From Octopus bimaculoides (taxonomy: Eukaryota): 35,187 nucleotides of DNA. The notes under the pieces are model-generated. The model did not search any database, was not told where the DNA came from, and was given only the letters and a program-made list of their open reading frames with translations. The stretch is from contig NC_068985.1 of the NCBI RefSeq assembly GCF_001194135.2, positions 20,767,784 through 20,802,970 of the forward strand, read 5' to 3'. Made by a program: the position numbers and the translations under genes. Shown in pieces: positions 9,346 to 20,048 of this stretch (position 1 is its first letter; the number at the start of each line of letters is the position of its first letter).

Positions 9346-10544
9346 ATGGAGGAGCTGTGTTTAAAAACCCAAAATATATCCAAGGCAGACAAAAATCATC
9401 CAGTGAGAATACCAAATGCATTTGTTTCTCATTGTACTCACAGCCAATTACATGCCAAGAAGAAATTTGTCACCACTGATATAGGAAAACAGTGTATAAA
9501 CATTGTTTATCTCAAGACAAATACTGTAGTAAATTTGCCTTTCACAATGTATTAACATTAAGTATGATATATAAATGGCCATTTTAATCTACTGCTGCTT
9601 CTGTTGTATATAACAGATTAATATAATCTTCTATAATTTCTTTCAAAATATGTTTCCTTGTGCCTGCGTTATAAATTATTATATCTTCAATATGTGTATT
9701 AACCTCTAAACAATTAGGTGCCTCACAGTGCATCAGAAATCAATTTTTGCAATGATTAGCAGTCACACACTGTATTATACATTGTATTTTATCAATGCAC
9801 AATTTCATTGAAGCAAGTTATGCAAGAGGAAACAATGCTTTTTATTACAAGTTTGACTTCCTGTAATTGAAAAACAGTGGGGTTTTCATTTTGTATATGC
9901 AGATTTTCAATAATTAGCCACATAAACAGGAGAATGTCAAAGTCTCATATGATTATAAATTTTATCAAGATGAAAAAATACCCTGAACCAATGATATTTC
10001 TATTATATCATTGAAGAGTTAATTTCATCTGCAACCTAACTGAGCTTCTCTTTCTAATATTTTATAATTTTAATCCTTGAAACACAAGTAGAATTTTGTA
10101 ACAGATTTAATAGGATTAAACAGATTGAGTTTGGGGTTAATTGAATCAATATAGATAGAGAGGAAAGATTATAAATGATATTTTTGCTACCCGAGTGTAA
10201 ATGAAAACAATCATAACATTTGTATAGAATTATCTTCTGTCAAAGAAATGTTAACAATTTCCAACTTCCAAGTAAGAGAAAAAACTTATTTGGAGTGAAA
10301 TTCCAATGTTTTATTTGAATTTTTGTTTGAACTAAAGTTAACCTTTGTCTGATTAATTTTTTTCTACTATCCATTTTACTATCTTTACTTCAGAGGTTAT
10401 TGTTAAAACATGTAATTTCTTTTAATTATTTATAAGTATACTAGTTGTATAATAATTTCATCTCAGATATATTATCAAAAATTCACTTGATACAAAGCCA
10501 TTTACCTCAGTACTACCCCATCCTCAGTTGAGTTCTATTTCAAG

Positions 10545-10760
10545 TTGCTTAGTGACTTCACTGGGCTGGTGCCACATAAAAAAAAAACATCCAGTACACT
10601 CTGTAAAGTGGTTGGCATTTGGAAGGGCATCAACTGTAGAAACCATGCCAAAACAGACAGCTGGAGCTCAGCTCAGTCCTCTGGCTTACCAGCTCCTGTC
10701 GAATCATCCAACCCATGACAGCAAGGAAAACCAGCATTAATGGTGACGATGATGATGATG
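10545..10760 (+). mobile_element. RTE-type 3' tail fragment with (GAT)n
   Basis: gctggtgccacataaaaa...gtggttggcatttggaagggcatcaactgtagaaacc...atccaacccatg...gatgatgatg. Confidence 0.85.
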
Positions 10761-10859
10761 AAAAACAACAAGCAAGGAGAAAACATCAGTAAGATTTAGC
10801 GGTCAATATTTGAAGATAATACAAACAGTATCATGTCTTTAAAAGACAAGTGAAAGGAA

Positions 10860-10895
10860 CAAATATGTTTCAGTATTATTAAACCTCCTCAGTGA
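10860..10895 (-). ncRNA. Degenerate minimal hammerhead-like motif
   Basis: ca-CUGAGGA-ggu[uuaauaau]acu-GAAAC-au-AUU-ug. The core is intact; the helices are restored only by assuming transition mutations. Confidence 0.3.
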
Positions 10896-11154
10896 AATAT
10901 ATTCAGTTAGTTAGACAACCTGTCATGTTCACATTTCTTACCTTTCTAATCCTTCTCAGTAATCTCTTTTAAATCTACCAACAAACATTTATCATCCTCA
11001 ATTAATTTCCTTACATTTCTTCTCTGTAATTCCATTTTTGTAAGGGTCAAGGATATGAAAGAAAGGCCCATGGATGTCATGTTAACTTTTCCTGTGTTCT
11101 CCTTGACCAACAGCAAAAAGAAATCCCTTCTTACATTAATAATTCAATGTAGCT

Positions 11155-11536
11155 GTTGGCACTCTGTCACTTACAACGTCGAGGGTTCCAGTTGATCTGA
11201 TCAACGGAACAGCCTGCTCGTGAAATTAACGTGCAAGTGGCTGAGCACTCCACAGACACGTGTACCCTTAACGTAGTTCTCGGAGATATTCAACGTGACA
11301 CAGTGTGACAAGGCTGACCCTTTGAATTTACAGGCACAACAGAAACAGGAAGTAAGAGTGAGAGAAAGTGGTGGTGAAAGAGTACAGTATGGTTCGCAAC
11401 CATCCCCTGCCGGAGCCTCGTGGAGCTTTAGGTGTTTTCGCTCAATAAACACTCACAACGCCCGGTCTGGGAAACGAAACCGCGATCCTATGACCGCAAG
11501 TCCGCTGCCCTAATCACTGGGCCATTGCACCTCCAC
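11155..11536 (-). mobile_element. Full-length, young tRNA-derived SINE (second head type) with 11-bp TSD
   Basis: Minus strand starts gtggaggtgcaatggcccagtgattagggcagcggac...ggtttcgtttccc (A/B-box-like). TSD tcaatgtagct at 11144-11154 and 11537-11547; many CpGs retained. Confidence 0.92.
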
Positions 11537-12533
11537 TCAATGTAGCTATAACATCATATTTAAGCTAAAATTAATATTTCCTTTATTTCTTGCATGAATC
11601 AGTTGAAAAAGTCTGCTGGATTTTAAACCGTGTAAAATGATATGTGCTAATCTTACATGCATGGAGCTATACAGACAGGGAAAATATTGGTTGGATCACT
11701 TTTATCTGACTAAATGTGAAAAGCATAGAATGTGAATATGTAATTAATTTTTATTGTAATTAAATTGGATTTATTTGACTATAAATATAATATTGTTGTG
11801 TTTATATTACATAGTGGAACCATTTCTGAATAATTAAGAGACAAAAAAAGAAGAAATTTGTAAATTCTGCTAAGTGGAACACAATAACATAAAGCATAAT
11901 AAATTAAACTAAATCAAGCATTAAGGTTAAAAGTGTTTTTTTTTCTCTCCCCCATCTCCACCTCACCCATCTTTTTTTACGGAAGTGGTTCTGAGCATGT
12001 TCTTATAATAATTAAGAACCTAAGTACATTAGCACTTTTATTGGCTCAGATAATATTACTTCCTCTAACAAATATTCTGCTTCCTCCAGTTCTTCATATT
12101 TTCCTTATAATCTGAAAATTGATAAACACCAGAAAGAACTTCCTCTGCTTTGCTTCCACTTCTTTCTTTACTTTCAAATTGAGTGTCATTCAGTTTTGTC
12201 TAAATCTGTGTCTGCATTTTTGCCCTTCTTGATTCTCTTCATATTTTCTCTTAATGAGACACCTAAATTTTCTCCTCTTATTTATTTTGTCTTATCTTTA
12301 TGCATACTTAATTATTGCATTTCTTATCATTTCCAATCTCTGTTTATTTGCCCACTTCATGAGATATAAATTCAAATTTGCTAAACTAACACCAGCAAAA
12401 TAAAACTGTTATACTTTTAAAGTCTTTGCATAAACCAATAAATTATTATAAACTATTCTATATAGCATGTATATTTCGTCTTTGGATTTGGTTTGCAAGA
12501 TTCTTTATGTGATTTCGTGTGTTGAAGCATATT

Positions 12534-12719
12534 CTGTTGTGTCTGGGGAGAGTTATTTTCTTTTTGTGCCTTATAATTCAACACACTCACCAGTAAAATT
12601 TCCACTTATTTCTTATTTTTATTTTCCTAAAATTTTCGTTGCGTTTTGCAACCTTTTCAATAGTGAGTGTGTTAAATTATAAGGCACAAAAAGAAAATGA
12701 CTTTCCCCAGACACAACAG
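12534..12719. mobile_element. Fold-back element with 57-bp inverted arms and 72-bp interior
   Basis: 12534-12590 is the reverse complement of 12663-12719 (3 mismatches); right end followed by ta and a (TA)-rich tract. Confidence 0.92.
12627..12663 (-). ncRNA. Minimal hammerhead-like motif with compensated U3-A8 core
   Basis: cua-UUGAAAA-g-guugc[aaaac]gcaac-GAAA-a-uUU-uag. Helix II is 5 perfect bp with G10.1-C11.1, helix I is 3 bp, helix III is the 4-nt palindrome AAUU. Confidence 0.5.
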
Positions 12720-12814
12720 TATGTATGTATATATATATATATAAAAACAATATATGAGTATATGCATATATATGTACGTGTATGTACATACCTTCATCTA
12801 CATGTACATATAGA

Positions 12815-12961
12815 TACATATCTGGGTACATGACATTGCAAAAAAACATGGACAAAATGATAAACAAGTTACAAAAAACAAGCAGGCCACATAGAGAACA
12901 TATCCTTCATCAGCTGCCGCCATTAAAACACTGGCGTTTCAAAGAGTTAGGGCAGGACGCA
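12815..12961 (-). mobile_element. Truncated element end carrying hammerhead half-motifs; related to the 6650-6700 terminus
   Basis: gggtacatgacattgcaaaaaaacatg resembles gggtacaggacatcatacaatgtaaac. The minus strand has GAAAC (12940-12936) and CUGAUGA (12913-12907); it runs into the gap. Confidence 0.5.
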
Positions 12962-13850
12962 NNNNNNNNNNNNNNNNNNNNNNNNNNNNNNNNNNNNNNN
13001 NNNNNNNNNNNNNNNNNNNNNNNNNNNNNNNNNNNNNNNNNNNNNNNNNNNNNNNNNNNNNNNNNNNNNNNNNNNNNNNNNNNNNNNNNNNNNNNNNNNN
13101 NNNNNNNNNNNNNNNNNNNNNNNNNNNNNNNNNNNNNNNNNNNNNNNNNNNNNNNNNNNNNNNNNNNNNNNNNNNNNNNNNNNNNNNNNNNNNNNNNNNN
13201 NNNNNNNNNNNNNNNNNNNNNNNNNNNNNNNNNNNNNNNNNNNNNNNNNNNNNNNNNNNNNNNNNNNNNNNNNNNNNNNNNNNNNNNNNNNNNNNNNNNN
13301 NNNNNNNNNNNNNNNNNNNNNNNNNNNNNNNNNNNNNNNNNNNNNNNNNNNNNNNNNNNNNNNNNNNNNNNNNNNNNNNNNNNNNNNNNNNNNNNNNNNN
13401 NNNNNNNNNNNNNNNNNNNNNNNNNNNNNNNNNNNNNNNNNNNNNNNNNNNNNNNNNNNNNNNNNNNNNNNNNNNNNNNNNNNNNNNNNNNNNNNNNNNN
13501 NNNNNNNNNNNNNNNNNNNNNNNNNNNNNNNNNNNNNNNNNNNNNNNNNNNNNNNNNNNNNNNNNNNNNNNNNNNNNNNNNNNNNNNNNNNNNNNNNNNN
13601 NNNNNNNNNNNNNNNNNNNNNNNNNNNNNNNNNNNNNNNNNNNNNNNNNNNNNNNNNNNNNNNNNNNNNNNNNNNNNNNNNNNNNNNNNNNNNNNNNNNN
13701 NNNNNNNNNNNNNNNNNNNNNNNNNNNNNNNNNNNNNNNNNNNNNNNNNNNNNNNNNNNNNNNNNNNNNNNNNNNNNNNNNNNNNNNNNNNNNNNNNNNN
13801 NNNNNNNNNNNNNNNNNNNNNNNNNNNNNNNNNNNNNNNNNNNNNNNNNA
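12962..13850. other. Assembly gap (N)
   Basis: N run. Confidence 1.
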
Positions 13851-14108
13851 CACATAAAAGACACCATTTCGAGCGTGGCCGTTGCCAGTATCGCCTGACT
13901 GGCCTTCGTGCAGGTGACACGTAAAAGCACCTACTACACTCTCTGAGTGGTTGGCGTTAGGAAAGGCATCCAGCTGTAGAAACTCTGCCAAATTTAGATT
14001 GGCGCCTGGTGTTGCCATCCGGTTTCACCAGTCCTCAGTCAAATCGTCCAACCCATGCTAGCATGGAAAGCGGACGTTAAACGATGATGATGATGATGAT
14101 GATGATGA

Positions 14109-14109
<1 letters not shown>
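13851..14109 (+). mobile_element. RTE LINE 3' UTR and long (GAT)n tail (5' part lost in gap)
   Basis: High similarity to 6270-6586; ends ggacgttaaacgatgatgat...; followed by (TA)n. Confidence 0.9.
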
Positions 14110-14146
<37 letters not shown>

Positions 14147-14254
14147 CGTGCATTCACATAAAAGCCTACATACAAACAGAAATAATTGTTCCACTCTGAA
14201 CTGCTACATTCAACCTATGCACGGAGATATCCATTTTTTAAAAACAACTTTTCA

Positions 14255-15470
14255 ACAGTTTTGTGCAAGTTCTATCGCTTTATTAAGAGCAGCTCCATGT
14301 TCCTGGGGCATGTGTAGCATTTACCTTTTTGAATGTAGACCTGTGTTAATATGCTGCATCAGTGTTGCCTTGTTATGAAGCTTAGTTTGTTGATTTTAGT
14401 GTTATTTTAGTGTTTGTATGTGCAATGTAAGTTGTGTCTTGTTAGTGGGGATTTGTGTATTTTATGCAGGATGTTATATTGTTAATTGGTGATTTTGTAG
14501 AGTATGTGTTGTGTGCAGAGAACATATTATTTGAACTGTACTTAGGTGTTTTGTGTAGGATGTGAACCATGTCTAGCAGGAAGTGCATAACGGTGTGAAT
14601 CTGGGTATGTTTCTATGTTTTTATTTGTGTTTATTCTTTAGTGAGGTTTTATGGTCATTAATACATAAATATTTAAGTCATCCATATTGAGGAGATAGTT
14701 TATAGGTCGTCATTTCATTCAACAGATTTGTTAAGTTATCAGACCTTGGCAAACAGAAAAGGGAACAATATATTTTCTTCTTGTGAATATAGAGTTAGTT
14801 CTAATTGTCTTCTCTTTGCCCTGTAGTAGTGTGGTTGATTTATTTTGTCAGTATTAGAAGGTAGATGATACTATATGTATGTTGAGCATCTCCAGTATCC
14901 AAAAGTGTGGTATGCTACCAAATGTATTTCAGTAATTAATCCAGGCCATTCTGAGATTTATTTTCCTCTTTTTACTGTCTTCTATATTAGCCTTCTTCAC
15001 CAATAACTGCTATGTACAGCCATCCATTTCCAACATTTTCTCTGCTTTTTTTGTAACATATTAATGCTCCTAGGTAATTGACCAGCTTGTAGATTATGAA
15101 TGTAAGGGCTTTCTATGTTGTTGACAAGCTAGGTATTGGTCGATAGTATTTTTGTTTTGGAGAATTAATGTCGTTTTTCCCTCTAGCAGCCATTCAAGTG
15201 TTGGTTCTGGTTTGCTTACCAGTTCATTGAATGCTGCTACCATATACCCATGGGTACTGATTGGGTACTTCAGCCTAATATTGGGGGCGTTTTACATTTC
15301 TAGGGGATTTTTCCAGTTGCTTGCCACTCTTAACGCATTGATGGGTTCTTTCCTGGCAATGGTAGACCATGTTTGTGGTGCTATTATAGTTTTTCCTCAT
15401 CCTTCTGAACTATTTTGCTCTTTTTGCAGTATATCTGTCCTTGTTTATCACAGGTATTTTGTTAAAAATA
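14255..15470 (-). mobile_element. Decayed, internally deleted R4-clade (RLE-type) non-LTR retrotransposon
   Basis: Minus-strand peptides, with stops and frameshifts, in RT order: ALRVASNWKNP, LEWLLEGKTTLI, YRPIPSLSTT*KALTFII, GCT*QLLVKKANIEDSKKRKINLRMAWINY*NTFGSIPHFWILEML, SLFCL, LTNLLNE, YLLNMDDLNIY (14685-14677 = MDD). Then LLDMVHILHK (about 14579-14550), which resembles the LLGTAHILRK C-terminus. The 3' boundary is approximate. Confidence 0.85.
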
Positions 15471-15504
15471 AAGCACCATGTTGAATGAATCAGTAATATA
15501 TTGG

Positions 15505-15695
15505 TTCCAAATTTTGGCCCAAGGTCAGCAAGTTTGGTGGAGGGGATAAGTCAATTAAATAATCCTCAGTCTTGCACTTATTTTATTGACTCTAAAGGGA
15601 TGAAATACAAAGTCAACTTCAGCAGTATTTGAACTCAGATCGTAAAAATGGGTAAAATGCTCAGCATGCTAACAATTCCGCCAGCTCACCACCGT
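15505..15695 (-). mobile_element. Family B SINE (Meta-domain-like), degenerate
   Basis: Reverse complement aligns to 19494-19691 and to 28831-29047 (ggatgaaa...aaagtcaac...tttgaactcaga...gcatgctaac.attc.gccagctc). Confidence 0.8.
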
Positions 15696-15714
15696 AAGTG
15701 TATCAGTGATATAT

Positions 15715-15875
15715 TAATGATAGAACTTCCCAGATAATTCTTGTTGAACCAAGCCAACAGGCTTTCTGTACTACACCTGCTTCCAGATTAAGATCTAACT
15801 TTCCCACAGTCATACCTCAAATTATTTGCCACTGTTCCCAAGGTCCCAATGATAACTGGCAAGCTCACAACCTGT
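15715..15875 (-). mobile_element. Second R4/RLE-type LINE remnant (ORF C-terminus)
   Basis: Minus strand reads LPVIIGTLGTVANNL, then a frameshift, then GKLDLNLEAGVVQKACWLGSTRIIWEVLS. This resembles VPVVIGALG.V...L...L..L......LQKA.LLGT.RI.R.VL. Confidence 0.7.
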
Positions 15876-16979
15876 TATTTTCTTTATTCTACTGTTTGAG
15901 AACTTCACACTCCCAGTCAATAAATATTCTACTTTGCCTTTTTCCTTTTTCTTGATTCTCATACCATTAAGTATGCCACATCAATTATCCTTTCTTTTTA
16001 CCAACTGCTACAATATTTGGCTTGTGCTTTATTCTCTTTGGGTTTTATTTTGTATAGAAAAATCCCATAACAACCTCACTTCATTGTTTTTGTGGTTTTT
16101 CATTTTTGGTCGTACAAAATAATTATCTTCAACAATGGAGATTGCATCATCATCATCATGGTACTGTTGTTATTGTTAAAATACATCAATAATTTCCATT
16201 CTTACATCAAATAGAATTAGTACATTTTAGGAAACCTGCATAGAAATAGTCACAATATTTACAGACTTTATTATTATTATTTTCTAGAACATGCTTATGC
16301 TTATCCTTGTTGATAATCTGTGATTCCCTTTACAATGCAGTTGTCTTTCATTCCTGCTGTACCGTGGACATGTCCTCTTAGATTCTATAGCATAACAGTA
16401 TTAAGTGAAGCATAATGCAGTTGGCAGAAATATTACTGCCTTATTTTCATGCTTTTCCATGTAATAAAGCAGTAAGTTATTGGTGACTCAAATATTTGAT
16501 CCAGTTTCTGCTCACTAATACTTTTAAAATCTAGAGAAAGTTATGAAGTTATGAGCATCACAACTTCTAATTATCCTTCATCTAAAAGCCTCATAGTTCA
16601 TGCTTATATAAGATACCATTATTAGGTATTCCCCATGGTGAAGATCGTAAAAATTTTTGTACCTCTTATGTGCTGAAATGCTTGCAAGATCAGCTGTGAT
16701 GATTTTTCAGTTTTCCATGATCAATAAATTAATGATTGTCGTTATAACAAAACACATCTGTGAGAAACCTTTATTATTACTATAAAAAAAAACCTTTATA
16801 GTTATTGATCTTTTGGAAAATATACGTTTTAAGAGAAATCCTTTCTCCTTAAAGAGCAAACTCTTGAAGCTGCTTCCCTGCCTACCTTTTCTCTATAAAC
16901 ATCAACCTAGAAGTTAAACATCAACTTCATCAGCTTCACCAATCTGATAAGAATATATATATATATATATATATATATA

Positions 16980-17121
16980 NNNNNNNNNNNNNNNNNNNNN
17001 NNNNNNNNNNNNNNNNNNNNNNNNNNNNNNNNNNNNNNNNNNNNNNNNNNNNNNNNNNNNNNNNNNNNNNNNNNNNNNNNNNNNNNNNNNNNNNNNNNNN
17101 NNNNNNNNNNNNNNNNNNNNN
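16980..17121. other. Assembly gap (N) inside a (TA)n tract
   Basis: N run flanked by (TA)n on both sides. Confidence 1.
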
Positions 17122-17152
<31 letters not shown>

Positions 17153-17183
17153 ATGAGAGAGAGAAAGAAAGACAGACAGAGAT

Positions 17184-17595
17184 GCAGGCATGACAATGTG
17201 ATGAAGTTCACTTTGAAACCTTGTGGTTTGGGGTTTAATCCCACTGCATAGCATCCTGGGCAAGTGCCTTCTATTATAGCCCCAAGTTGAACAATGCCTT
17301 GTCAGAGAATTTGGTAAATGAAAATTGTGGAAGCTCATGACATGTGTGTGTGTATGTATGTGTGTGTTTTTGTGTTTATGCTTGATCTCCCCAACGACTG
17401 CTTCACAACCAGTATTGGTTTGTTTACATCCCCATAATTTAGCATTCCAGCAAAAGTGATCAACTTAATAAGTACTAGACTTCAAAACAAACAAAAAAAC
17501 AGAAGCACTGGGGTTGATTTATTCAACTAAGCCCTTCAAGGTGGTGCCCCAGCATGGCCACAGTCCAGTGATTGAAACTTTAAAAATATTAAAAA
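17184..17595 (+). mobile_element. Family A SINE, full length, diverged
   Basis: Colinear with 20840-21242, including ctgggcaagtgccttctattatag and ccagcatggccacagtcc. Confidence 0.88.
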
Positions 17596-17986
17596 ATATA
17601 AAATAATATCTTTATTTTCTGCTTGGAGGCTCACTTGATTTTTCAGTTGAAATACTATATTTGTCATATCAACATTTAGTGCAAAAAGATTTCATCTGAA
17701 AATATTACATTAAAATATTAGCAATATAGTTCCAGGTGTTTGCTTGCCTCTCTGATAGAGCAATGGTTCACTTTACTAAAAGATTGCCATTTTAAATCCC
17801 AGAGTACCTAAATTATCAGTTTACTCATACTGCACTGTACTAAACAGAAATGGGATGAGGCAATATTTGTAACATGAATTGCAAATAGATTCTCTAAAGT
17901 CTGGAATAAAACGATAGTTTCTAGAATAAATGTTATGAAATATCTGACTACTTGACAAAGAAATTTAGCAATGTAGACGTGGTTAA

Positions 17987-18686
17987 GCACAAATATGACT
18001 GTATGGTTAAGAAGCTTGCTTCTTAATCATGTGGTTAAGAAGTTTTGTGCTAATGTGGTGCATTTTGAGCAATGTCTTCTATTATAGTCCCAGGTTGACC
18101 AAAGTCTTGTAAGCAGATTGGGTGGATAGAAACTAAAAGGAACTGTGTCATATATATCATCATCATCATCATTTAACGTCCGTTTTCCATGCTGGCATGG
18201 GTTGGATAATTTGACTGAAAAAGTGGTAACCTGGGGAGCTGCACCAGTCTGATTTGGCATGGTTTCTACAGCTAGATGTCCTTCCTATGGGTGCTTCTTA
18301 TGTGCCACCAGCACTGGTGCTAGTTGTGCAACACTGGCATCATCTATGACTGTGATTTCACTTGGCTCGACACGTCTCAAACATAGCATGTGTGTTGATA
18401 TATATCATGTGTGTGTGTGTGTACTCTTGTCTAGATGTCACATGATGCTTGTAAATGAACATCACCATCATACAAGTGAGGTTATCAATTTCTAGCTTTC
18501 TGTGGGAAAGCAACTGCAGGGAAATATTACCTTACCTGGAAACAGGTGGTAGTTGTTGTCAGGAAGGGCATTTGGCTGTAGAAAATCTGCCTCAGTGAAA
18601 TCTGTCTGACCCATTCAACATGAAAAAGTAGACGTTAAATAAGGACGATGACAACGACAATGACGACGATGATGATGATGATGATG
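17987..18686 (+). mobile_element. Chimeric SINE (family A-like head, microsatellite, RTE-like 3' tail) interrupted by an RTE fragment
   Basis: Head 17987-18150 and tail 18425-18686 (gaaatattacctt.cc.ggaaacagg...ggaagggcat...gtagaaaatctgcc...gacgttaaa...gatgatg). Same layout as 26170-26572. Confidence 0.7.
18161..18397 (-). mobile_element. RTE 3' UTR fragment inserted into the SINE microsatellite
   Basis: catcatcatttaacgtccgttttccatgc... on the minus strand. Candidate TSD atatatatcat at 18150-18160 and 18398-18408 (low complexity). Confidence 0.8.
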
Positions 18687-19036
18687 AAAAATCTATAATA
18701 TTTGTAACATAATCTAAAATGTTTACCTTTTATATCAGATATTAATCTGATAGTTGATTGACACTGACAACTTATATATAATAGATAACTGGATACTTTA
18801 TTCTAAATAAAAACAATTTATAATCACTCTGAAAGTAAACTGATTATCAAGTTTTTTAACATTACATAATTGTCATTTGTTCTGAACATGTGCTTGGCTT
18901 CTTGATGGCACCAAACACTTCAATCAATTAGGCCAAGCTTCTTTTCCTCATCTGCTTATAAGATTGTTATGTGTTATATATGGAAGTGGTATTTTACCAT
19001 TTGCAAATTGGTAAAGCAATAGTTTTCCTATACTAA

Positions 19037-19691
19037 GGCAGCAAGCTGGTAGAAACATTAGCACGCCGGGCAAAATGCTTAGCGGTATTTCATCTGCTGC
19101 TATGTTCTGAGTTCAAATTCCACCAAGGTCGACTTTGCCTTTCATCCTTTCGGGGGTCAATTAAATAAGTGCCAGTTACGCACTGGGGGTCAATATAATC
19201 GACTTAATCCCTTTGTCTGTCTTTGTTTGTCCACTCTGTGTGTAGCCACTTGTGGGTAGTAAAGAAATAAGAAACGTTTGCACGCCGGGCAAAATGCTTA
19301 GCGGTATTTCGTCTGCTGCTACGTTCTGAGTTCAAATTCCACCGAGGTCAACTTTGCCTTCCATCCTTTCGGGGGTCAATTAAATAAGTGCCAGTTATGC
19401 ACTGGGGTCAATATAATCGACTTAATCCCTTTGTCTTTCCTTGTTTGTCCCCTCTGTGTGTAGCCCCTTGTGGGCAGTAAAGAAATAAGAAGCATTAGCA
19501 TGTGAGGTGAGATGCTTAGCGGTATTTTGTCTGTCTTTAGATAATGAGTACAAATTCTGCTGAGGACGACTTTAACTTTCATCCTTTTGGGGTCAATAAA
19601 TTAAGCACCAGTTGCATACTAGGGTCGATCTAAACAACTGGCCCCCCTCACCAAAAATTTCGCACCTTGTGCCTAGAGTAGAAAAGAACAT
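19037..19691 (+). mobile_element. Head-to-tail trimer of family B SINE (219 and 218 bp periods) with one 14-bp TSD
   Basis: Units start at 19057, 19276 and 19494. TSD ttttcctatactaa (19023-19036) and ttttcctagactaa (19692-19705). Confidence 0.9.
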
Positions 19692-19802
19692 TTTTCCTAG
19701 ACTAAAATAACTCCAGTTAATAAGAATCACTTAAATCTGTAACATTGGCACATAATTCTCAGTTTCAACATTTTTATCTATTTGGTTATGTCTACACCTT
19801 TA

Positions 19803-20008
19803 TCTTTCATTTGTTTCAGTCATTGGACCTTGGTCATGCTGGGGCACCTCCTTGAAAGGCTTAGTTGAACAAATCAACCCCCATTATTTATTTTTAAGTC
19901 TAGTACTTATTCTACTGGTTTCTGTTGCTAAACCACTAAGTTATAGGAGTGTAAACAAACTAACACCAGTAATGCTGGGAAACAAACACAAATGGAAAGA
20001 CACATACA

Positions 20009-20048
<40 letters not shown>

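Noticed and set aside
11967-12111. Minus-strand exon-like segment with ttttcag acceptor and gtgag donor (145 bp)
   Set aside because: There are stops in all three frames and no recognisable peptide. A non-coding exon cannot be excluded without RNA-seq.
16905-16942. Minus-strand CUGAUGA followed by a gaaguu/aacuuc hairpin
   Set aside because: No GAAA or NUH follows.
1870-17338. Long ORF-track entries (180-380 aa) spanning N gaps, and HTHT/YIYI/CVCV ORFs
   Set aside because: They are read-through of N runs and dinucleotide microsatellites, with no protein signal.
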